DNA from: Pseudomonadota bacterium
GTDB taxonomy: Bacteria; Bdellovibrionota_B; Oligoflexia; Oligoflexales; CAIYRB01
Direction of reading: 5' to 3'
Length of the DNA: 27,470 nt
Assembly (NCBI GenBank): GCA_031416315.1
Contig: JANOTL010000088.1
Coordinates: forward strand, 1-27,470
Below the pieces are notes generated by a model. The model saw only the letters and a program-made list of their open reading frames with translations, made no database searches and had not been told where the DNA came from. Positions 7,857 through 14,648 of this stretch are shown here, in pieces. Within the stretch, counting starts at the first letter, position 1, and each line of letters starts with the position of its first letter. Both the position numbers and the translations under genes were made by a program.

Positions 7857-8696
7857 ATGAGGTTTTCGATGAGTGCCCGCACGATCCGTTTATCCCGCTT
7901 CACCCGGCGCGGCGCCACCGCCGGGGTCCTCGTCCCGATCGACCACGGCCTTACGCTCGGGCCGCTCGGCGGCATCCGGAACTTAGCCGAGATCGCGAGC
8001 TGGATCGGCCACCCGGCGATCGCCGGCGTGATCGCTCACAAGGGCATCGTCGAGCGTCTCGGCGACCGGGGCCTGATCCAAGGCCAAGGCGTCATGGTGC
8101 ATCTGAACGGCATGAGCTCCTTCGCCCAGGATCCCGACACCAAGACCGCGGTCACGAGCGTGCGCGCGGCGCTGCGCCTCGGGGCCGACGCGGTCTCCCT
8201 CCAGGTCAATTTCGACGGGCAGAACGACGCGCACAACCTGGCGCTCCTCGGCCGGATCGTCGACGAGGCGCACCGCGAGGGCCTGCCCGTCCTGACCATG
8301 CTCTACGACAAGGTGCAGCACGAGGGCGACAAGACGCGGATCCTGCGCCAAAGGCATTTGATCCGCCTCGCGGTCGAGCTCGGCACGGATGCGCTGAAGC
8401 TCGCGCCGCCTCCGGCCGCGCGCCTCGCCTTCGAGCTGCCGGAGATCGTCGCCGACCACGCGCTGGATACCGCCATCTACTTCGCCGGCGGCGCCACCGT
8501 CTCTGACCAGGAGCTTCTGACGCTGGCACGCGAAGCCGTGCGCGCCGGCGCCAAAGGCCTTTGCGTCGGTCGCAACGTCTTCGGCCGCGCCAGCCCGGGC
8601 AAGATCCTGGCGGAGCTCGACCGGGTCATGAACGCCGCGCCTTTGGCGCTGGCGGAAGAAGCTTCGAACGGAGGGACCGCGCTTGGCGTGCATTGA
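7857..8696 (+). CDS. Class I (DhnA-type) aldolase; GriI-like aspartate-semialdehyde/DHAP aldolase
   Basis: Motifs VPIDHGLTLGP, HKG, ALRLGADAVS, GLPVLTMLY, AVELGTDALK (Schiff-base Lys), FAGG and GLCVGRNVF. The start could be 7857 or 7869. Confidence 0.88.
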   Translation: MRFSMSARTIRLSRFTRRGATAGVLVPIDHGLTLGPLGGIRNLAEIASWIGHPAIAGVIAHKGIVERLGDRGLIQGQGVMVHLNGMSSFAQDPDTKTAVTSVRAALRLGADAVSLQVNFDGQNDAHNLALLGRIVDEAHREGLPVLTMLYDKVQHEGDKTRILRQRHLIRLAVELGTDALKLAPPPAARLAFELPEIVADHALDTAIYFAGGATVSDQELLTLAREAVRAGAKGLCVGRNVFGRASPGKILAELDRVMNAAPLALAEEASNGGTALGVH

Positions 8697-9435
8697 CGCA
8701 CACGCGCATTTGCGTGCAGACCCGGAAGGCGCGGCGAAGTTCGTCGCGCTGATGGACCGCCTCGACGTCGAAGCCGCGTTCGTCGTCTTCGGAGGCCTCG
8801 TGCCGCCGGCGGTGCTCGCACGCCAGATCTCCTACGGCGGCGGCACCGACGCGTCCGCCGACAACGCCGCGCTGCTCCGGCACGCGGCGGCGCACCCGGG
8901 GCGCCTCATCCCCTATTACTTTGCCAATCCTTTGCAGGGCAGTGCCGAATACGAGCGCGACGGACACGCGTACGCCGGGCTCAAGCTCGGTCCTGCGGTG
9001 CACGGCGTGCCGCTCTCAGATCATCGTACGGGGGGGTTGATCGAAAGGGCGGCACGTTTCGGGCACGCCGTTTACCTGCATTGTCTCGCGAGGCCGGGGT
9101 TCGATTTGCCGGCGTTCGTGACCCTGGCGAAAACGCACGGCAGCGTGCGCTTCGTCCTCGGTCACGGCGGCATCGGTCAGGCCGATTTCGACGCGTTGGA
9201 GCGGATCGCGCCGCTCGACAACGTGGCGCTGGAGACCTCGGGCGCCTTCACCGGTTTGATTGCCGCGGCCTTCCGCATGCTCGGCAAGGACCGCGTCCTG
9301 TTCGGCAGCGAGTATCCGCTCCAGGATCCGCGCGCCGAGCTGGCGAAGCTCGACTGCCTCGCCCTCACCGCCGAGGAGCGCGCCGCTTACCTCCGTCTAA
9401 ACAGCTTGAAGTGGATGAGTCCCCATGCTCCCTGA
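8683..9435 (+). CDS. Amidohydrolase-family metalloenzyme; NatAM-like benzoxazole-forming cyclase
   Basis: Motifs IDAHAH (HxH), GLKLGPAVHG, YLHC, VLGHGG, LETSG and VLFGSEYP. TTG start after GGAGGG. Overlaps both neighbouring genes. Confidence 0.85.
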   Translation: MACIDAHAHLRADPEGAAKFVALMDRLDVEAAFVVFGGLVPPAVLARQISYGGGTDASADNAALLRHAAAHPGRLIPYYFANPLQGSAEYERDGHAYAGLKLGPAVHGVPLSDHRTGGLIERAARFGHAVYLHCLARPGFDLPAFVTLAKTHGSVRFVLGHGGIGQADFDALERIAPLDNVALETSGAFTGLIAAAFRMLGKDRVLFGSEYPLQDPRAELAKLDCLALTAEERAAYLRLNSLKWMSPHAP

Positions 9436-10666
9436 CCGCCTCCTCGACGTCCTCGCGGCGGCGCGCAAGGCGCCGTTCTACGAGCCCCGGCTGCCGCGGC
9501 TGCGTCGTCTCGACGACGATGCGTGGCAGGCGGTGCCGCTCACCCGCAAGACCGACCTGCGCGCCGCCTATCCTTTCGGGATGCTCGCGGTCGAGCGCAC
9601 GCGGCTCGCGACCTATCACGAATCGAGCGGCACAAGCGGCGAGCCGACGGCGTCTTACTTCACCGACGCGGACTGGGAAGACGTGACCTCGCGCTTTTTG
9701 CGTAACGCCGTCGGCCTCGGTCCGGACGACACCGTCCTCGTGAAGACGCCCTACTCGATGGTGACGACCGCGCATCAGATGCACCGCGCCGCGCGCTCGC
9801 GCGGAGCCCTGGTGGTGCCGGCGGACAATCGCTCGTCCAACATGAGCTATGCCCGGGTCGTCCGCCTGTTGAAGGATCTCCCGATCACGGTCTCTTGGTG
9901 CTTGCCGACCGAGGTGATGCTTTGGGAGGCCGCCGCGCGCCTGGCCGGGCTGGATCCGCGCCGTGACTTCCCGGCTTTGCGCGCCTTTCTCGTCGCCGGC
10001 GAGTGTTTGAGCCCCGCCCGCCAGCGTCGCCTTTCCGACCTCTGGGGCAATAAGCGCGTGCTCCAGGACTACGGCTCGACCGAGACCGGGAGCCTCGCGG
10101 GCGAGTGCACGGCCGGAAGGCTGCATCTATGGTCCGACCGTGTCTATGCCGAGGTCCTCGACGCGAAGACCGGCAGGAGCGCGCCTTCCGGGACGGGACA
10201 GCTCGTCGTCACGACCCTGCAGCGCGAGGCCATGCCGCTCGTGCGCTACCTGCTCGAGGACCAGGTCCGAATCGAGACGGAGCCCTGCGCCTGCGGCTCA
10301 CCGCATCCGACGATCGAGGTCTTCGGCCGCGCCGCCGATCTCGCCACGGTACAGGGCGCCCACTTCTACCCGATCCAGCTCGAAGACTGCGTGTTTTCCT
10401 TGCCCATGGAGCACGGCGTGACCTTCTGGCGCGCTCGTCACGGCGGCGAGGCGCTGGCCATCGAGATCGACGCGGCGCCCGGGCACGCCGGCAAGGCCGC
10501 CGAAGAGCTGACGCGCCTCATCCTGCTTCGGCTCGGCGTCAAGGCGAGCGTGCGCGCGGTCACGGGGCTCGTGCCCCATGCAGCTTTGGCGAAAGTCTCG
10601 AGCTTCGGCAAGCCCCGCTACCTCTTCCGCTCCCACGAAGATTGGCGCGACGGCCTCGGTTACTGA
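9425..10666 (+). CDS. Phenylacetate-CoA-ligase-family adenylating enzyme; NatL2-like aryl-acid coupling ligase
   Basis: Motifs PLTRKTDLR, YHESSGTSGEP (P-loop), AGE, QDYGSTETG, ECTAGRLH and CACG (Zn-site-like), LVVTTL and MPLVRY. Confidence 0.9.
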   Translation: MLPDRLLDVLAAARKAPFYEPRLPRLRRLDDDAWQAVPLTRKTDLRAAYPFGMLAVERTRLATYHESSGTSGEPTASYFTDADWEDVTSRFLRNAVGLGPDDTVLVKTPYSMVTTAHQMHRAARSRGALVVPADNRSSNMSYARVVRLLKDLPITVSWCLPTEVMLWEAAARLAGLDPRRDFPALRAFLVAGECLSPARQRRLSDLWGNKRVLQDYGSTETGSLAGECTAGRLHLWSDRVYAEVLDAKTGRSAPSGTGQLVVTTLQREAMPLVRYLLEDQVRIETEPCACGSPHPTIEVFGRAADLATVQGAHFYPIQLEDCVFSLPMEHGVTFWRARHGGEALAIEIDAAPGHAGKAAEELTRLILLRLGVKASVRAVTGLVPHAALAKVSSFGKPRYLFRSHEDWRDGLGY

Positions 10667-10706
10667 GCTCACGACCTCCCTCTTCACTTCTTTCGACGAG
10701 GATCCC

Positions 10707-12344
10707 ATGTCTCGAGCACCCACGCACCTCGACGCCAAGCTCCGGGCGGCGCTCGCGGCCGATCCGGAACTCGGCGCCGGCGACTTCCTTTGGCATGTGG
10801 TGCGCGCCAACCCGGCGCGCGAGCTGCCGATCCTGACCTTCGAGAGGCCGGTCCGCACGTTTTACGGGCGCGAGTTCGCGACCCTGAGCCTTGCGGAGCT
10901 CTTCGAAGTCTCGACGCGCTACGCGGCCTGGTACGCCGGCGCCGGCGTGAAGGCGAAGGACGTCGTGTCAATCTACCTCGACGACGGCGGCGCCTACCTG
11001 ATCCACTTCCTGGCGCTGACGAGCCTCGGCGCGATCCCGGCACTGATCAACGGCAACATGCCGATTGCCGTCGCGGCTGGTCACGTCAAGCGGATCGGCT
11101 CCTTCGGCCTCTATACCGAACCGAAGCGCGAGAGGGCGTTGGCGGATCTGCCGGAGACGCCGCTTTCGAGCCTGGCCTTTCTCGTCACCGACGCGACCGC
11201 GACGACGATCGGACGAGGTGAGCCGGCGCGCTTGCCGCAGCGCTACCCGTACAAGCACCATGCGGACGACCCGATCATGATCGCGCACTCATCGGGGACC
11301 ACGGGCATCCCGAAGCCGGTGCTCCTGCAGCACCAGCGCTTTTTCCACGGCATCCGCTTCCGCCTGAGCCAACCGCCGACGCCCGGTAACACGCAGATTC
11401 TGTCGACCTTGCCGCATTCACACAACTGCGCCATCGCCTACATCATGCTGGCGCTGTTGAACGGGACGCCGGTCTACCTTTTGTCGACGCACACCGGACA
11501 CGCGCTCGTCCGAGCCATCGACCGCGTGAAGCCGACGATGGTCGTCTCGTTCCCGCAGACCTTCGTCGAGCTGACCGAGGCCGAGCCGGAAAAATTCGAC
11601 CTCGCGAGCGTGATGCTTTGGATGAACGGCGGCGACGCCGCGCACGAGACGCACATCCGACGCCTGGTCGCCTTTGGCCACCGCCTCCTGCCCGACGGCC
11701 GGAAGATCGCGGGCTCGATCTTCGTCGACGGCATGGGCTCGTCGGAGATGGGCTTCTCCCTCTTCCGTCACGTCCACACGCCGGAGACGAACGATTACGG
11801 CCGCTGCGTCGGCAAGCCGCACGACTGGGTCGACGCGCAGGTCTTCGGCGAAGGCGGCGAGCGCCTCGGCGCCGGCACGGTCGGCCGCCTCGGCGTGCGC
11901 GGCCCCTCGGTGACTTCGGGCTATTGGAACGACTCGCTCCTCACCTACCGCACGCAGCTCGACGGCTACTGGCTCACCGGCGATCTTGTTTACAAAGACG
12001 AGGAGAACCGCTTCTACCACGTCGACCGCGTCCCCGACCTGGTGACGACGGCCGAAGGCCCACTTTACAGCCTCGAAACCGAGGAGCTCCTGATGCGCCA
12101 CGTGCCGGAGATCGCCGACTGCAGCGTCTTCGACGCCGGAGGCAAGGCGCACGCGCTGGTGCGGCTGCGCCCGGAAGGCGCGCGCTTCACGGAGGCGGGC
12201 TTACGCGCGCGCTTCAACACCGTCCTGTCCGAGCTGAAGCGGCCGCTCCTTGCGCAGGTCGACGTCGTCGGCACGAGCAAGATCCCGCTCGGCGCCACCG
12301 GCAAAGTCCTAAAACGCGAGCTGCGGGATGCCTACCATGTTTGA
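10707..12344 (+). CDS. AMP-dependent synthetase/acyl-CoA ligase (ANL superfamily)
   Basis: Motifs HSSGTTGIPK, DGMGSSEMG, GYW, WLTGDL and GATGKVLKRELR. ATG at 10707 follows GAGGA. Confidence 0.92.
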   Translation: MSRAPTHLDAKLRAALAADPELGAGDFLWHVVRANPARELPILTFERPVRTFYGREFATLSLAELFEVSTRYAAWYAGAGVKAKDVVSIYLDDGGAYLIHFLALTSLGAIPALINGNMPIAVAAGHVKRIGSFGLYTEPKRERALADLPETPLSSLAFLVTDATATTIGRGEPARLPQRYPYKHHADDPIMIAHSSGTTGIPKPVLLQHQRFFHGIRFRLSQPPTPGNTQILSTLPHSHNCAIAYIMLALLNGTPVYLLSTHTGHALVRAIDRVKPTMVVSFPQTFVELTEAEPEKFDLASVMLWMNGGDAAHETHIRRLVAFGHRLLPDGRKIAGSIFVDGMGSSEMGFSLFRHVHTPETNDYGRCVGKPHDWVDAQVFGEGGERLGAGTVGRLGVRGPSVTSGYWNDSLLTYRTQLDGYWLTGDLVYKDEENRFYHVDRVPDLVTTAEGPLYSLETEELLMRHVPEIADCSVFDAGGKAHALVRLRPEGARFTEAGLRARFNTVLSELKRPLLAQVDVVGTSKIPLGATGKVLKRELRDAYHV

Positions 12345-12380
12345 GCGCACCGCCCACCCCATCAACCCGGAGGAAATCTC

Positions 12381-13109
12381 GTGACCGTGATCCCCTTGGA
12401 CCCACGCTGGAGCCCGCTGATCGAGCCGTCGTGGATCGCCGAGCTCGACGACGCCCCGCTCCTCAGGCGCGCCGCGAGCGGGCGCGCCAGCCGCGCCGAA
12501 CTCCATGCCTTCATCGCGCAGCAGTTCCACTATTCGCGGCACTTCACCCGCTATTTGTGCGCGCTCATGGGCAACTTGAAGGACGAGGCGGACCGCGCCG
12601 AGCTCGCCGAGAACTTGTTCGAGGAGCTCGGGCTCGGCGCCGGCGGCGGCGTCGCCCACTCGCTCCTCTATCGACGGATGATGATCGCGATGCGCATCGA
12701 CGCCAACGCGGTCCCGGTGCATCCGGCGACGCGTGCCCTGGTCGAGGCGATGCTCACGGCCTGCGCCGATCCCGACCCGGCGGTCGGGCTGGGTGCGCTC
12801 TGCCTTGGGGCTGAAGCGATCGTGCCGCACGTCTACAGTCAGATCCTCGCGGGCCTGCGCGCCGTCGGCGAGCCGGAGGCCCACCTCGAGTTCTTCGCGC
12901 TCCACATCGAGGCCGACGACGAGCACGCGATCACGCTCGGCAAGATCATCGAGCGCGAGGTCCTTGCCGATCCGACGAAGCGCGTCGCGCTGCGCAAGAG
13001 CGCGCAACGCCTCATCGCGGCGCGAGTCGCTTTCTTCCGCGCCGTTCGCCCGGCGCATCCCTTTCCGCTGCATGTGGAGGCCGAAAACGATGAGCGCGTA
13101 CACGTCTAA
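12381..13109 (+). CDS. Heme-oxygenase-like diiron oxidase/oxygenase (TenA/PqqC/CADD-like fold)
   Basis: Ligand pattern ENLFEELG...H, GAEAIVP and FFALHIEADDEHA (E,H,E,H,D,H). GTG start after GGAGG. Confidence 0.85.
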   Translation: MTVIPLDPRWSPLIEPSWIAELDDAPLLRRAASGRASRAELHAFIAQQFHYSRHFTRYLCALMGNLKDEADRAELAENLFEELGLGAGGGVAHSLLYRRMMIAMRIDANAVPVHPATRALVEAMLTACADPDPAVGLGALCLGAEAIVPHVYSQILAGLRAVGEPEAHLEFFALHIEADDEHAITLGKIIEREVLADPTKRVALRKSAQRLIAARVAFFRAVRPAHPFPLHVEAENDERVHV

Positions 13110-13545
13110 AGATTTCGCCCGCGTCCCGGCGGCGCTCACGGCCGCGCTTCCCGACACCCTGATCCACCGAAACGTCGCCGGCCAGGCCGCCGACGCGGGC
13201 TTTAGCGCCGAGCGTAAGCATCCCGTTCATCTAGTTGACCTGCCGGCTAAGACTTTGAGCGTCACGCTCGGCGGCATCGTGCCCGCGGGACGCACCGGCC
13301 GCCACCGGCACAATTACGAGACGATTCTCTACGTCACCAAGGGCAAAGGCCGCACGGTGATCGAGGATCATGTCGTCGACTGGGAGGCCGGTGACGCCGT
13401 CTACATTCCCGTTTGGGCTTGGCACCATCACGAGAACCGCAGCGCGACCGACGGCTGCGAGTACTTGGCCTGCGAGAACGCGCCGCTCTTGCAGAATCTG
13501 GGCGGCATCGCCCTGCGCGAAGAGGAAATGCATGAATCCCTTTGA
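13090..13545 (+). CDS. Cupin-domain metalloprotein
   Basis: Motif 1 GRHRHNYETILYVTKGKG and motif 2 GDAVYIPVWAWHHHEN give a 3His/1Glu metal site. ATG at 13090 follows GGAGG. Confidence 0.9.
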   Translation: MSAYTSKDFARVPAALTAALPDTLIHRNVAGQAADAGFSAERKHPVHLVDLPAKTLSVTLGGIVPAGRTGRHRHNYETILYVTKGKGRTVIEDHVVDWEAGDAVYIPVWAWHHHENRSATDGCEYLACENAPLLQNLGGIALREEEMHESL

Positions 13546-14146
13546 AGGCACGCCCCTGCGCGGCCGGCATCCCGACTGGCAGGAGCTTTACGCGCGGGTC
13601 CCGGCGGAGCGGCTGCCGTGGCATAGCGCGGCGCTCGACCCTGACCTCGAGGGCGAGCTCGAGCGCCGCGCCTTGCGATCCGGACGGTTCCTCGACGTCG
13701 GCACCGGCGCCGGGCATCAGGCGGTCGCCTTGGCGCGGCGCGGCTTCACCGTCACCGGCACCGATCTGTCGCCGGCGGCGATCACGCAGGCCGAAGCACT
13801 CGAAGGCAGCGTGCAGTTCGTCGTCGACGACGTGCGCGATACGGCCCTGCGCGAGATTTTCGACTTTGCCTTCGACCGCGGTCTCCTCCATGTGCTCGAG
13901 GAATCGGAGCGGCAGCGTTTCGCCGAGACGATGGCCGCGCTCCTCCGGCCGGGCGGCCTCTTGTTTCTGAAGTGCTTCAGCGACGAAGAGCGCGAGGCGC
14001 CGGTCGGTCCGACGCGGTTCGCCCGCCGCGATCTCACCTTCGTCTTCGAGCCCGCCTTCGCCGTCCTGAGCTGCGAGAGGACGATCTTCCACGGTCCCCT
14101 TCCCCACAAACCGCGCGCCTGGTTCGCGGTCCTGGAGCGACGCTAG
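13532..14146 (+). CDS. Class I SAM-dependent methyltransferase
   Basis: Motifs WQELY...LPW, FLDVGTGAG, GTDLSPAAI, FDFAFDRGLLH and LLRPGG. ATG at 13532 overlaps the cupin 3' end. Confidence 0.92.
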   Translation: MNPFEGTPLRGRHPDWQELYARVPAERLPWHSAALDPDLEGELERRALRSGRFLDVGTGAGHQAVALARRGFTVTGTDLSPAAITQAEALEGSVQFVVDDVRDTALREIFDFAFDRGLLHVLEESERQRFAETMAALLRPGGLLFLKCFSDEEREAPVGPTRFARRDLTFVFEPAFAVLSCERTIFHGPLPHKPRAWFAVLERR

Positions 14147-14569
14147 GTGAAAACGCATGCATTCACGGCGAAGAGCGTCTGGCTCGGGGGGCTCGCCGGC
14201 GACGGCCTGGTCGAGGCCGGCGAGCTGAAGACGGGCTACTCCGTCCCGAGCTCGCTGGGTGGGCCGGGAAAAGCCTCGAATCCCGAGGAAATGCTGCTCG
14301 CGGCGGCGACGGCGTGCTTCTCGATCACCCTCGCAGCGGCGCTCGAGCGCCGCGGCCTTTCGGCCGAGGCGGTCGAGGTGACGAGCCAGGCGACGTTCGG
14401 ATTCGACGGGCGGACCCTTCACCTGACCGCGGTGGAGCACCGACTGCGCTTGCGGGCCGTCGGGGCGGAGCTCGATCGGGAGAAGCTAGAGGAGGCGCTC
14501 AAGGCGGCCGAGCTCGGGTGTATGGTGAGCCGGGCCTTGAACGTGGCGGTTACGGTCCGCTACGATTGA
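14147..14569 (+). CDS. OsmC/Ohr-family protein
   Basis: GGPGKASNPEEMLLAAATACF and AELGCMVSRAL carry the two conserved Cys. The start directly abuts the methyltransferase stop. Confidence 0.92.
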   Translation: MKTHAFTAKSVWLGGLAGDGLVEAGELKTGYSVPSSLGGPGKASNPEEMLLAAATACFSITLAAALERRGLSAEAVEVTSQATFGFDGRTLHLTAVEHRLRLRAVGAELDREKLEEALKAAELGCMVSRALNVAVTVRYD

Positions 14570-14570
14570 A

Positions 14571-14598
14571 AGCGCCCCGGATGCGGATCCGGGGCGCT
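14571..14598. terminator. Probable bidirectional terminator closing the biosynthetic operon
   Basis: AGCGCCCCGGAT-GCGG-ATCCGGGGCGCT, a perfect 12-bp stem between convergent genes. Confidence 0.75.
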
Positions 14599-14648
14599 CG
14601 AAACGAAATTTTTCCGTCGCACCGCCCTAGCGGCGGCACGCCATCAGC

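Larger units (their letters stand above)
4951..14569 (+). other. Putative benzoxazole-type (3,4-AHBA-derived) biosynthetic gene cluster, 11 co-oriented genes
   Basis: Co-occurrence of aspartate kinase, GriH/GriI-like, amidohydrolase, two adenylating enzymes and tailoring genes. Gaps between genes are 40 bp or less, or the genes overlap. A terminal hairpin follows the last gene. Confidence 0.8.

Noticed and set aside
6651..8696. Archaeal-type shikimate pathway entry (ADH synthase plus DHQ synthase II)
   Set aside because: No aroD, aroE, aroA or aroC nearby. The motif variants and coupling to ligase/amidohydrolase genes fit GriH/GriI better.
9425..10666. Phenylacetate catabolism (paaK)
   Set aside because: No paa epoxidase or beta-oxidation genes are present, and the context is biosynthetic.
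12381..13109. PqqC, thiaminase II or CADD-type self-sacrificing pABA synthase
   Set aside because: No pqq, thi or fol genes are nearby. In a by-eye alignment to Chlamydia CADD from memory, the donor Tyr/Lys positions appear to be Leu, Phe and Ile. A formal alignment should confirm this.
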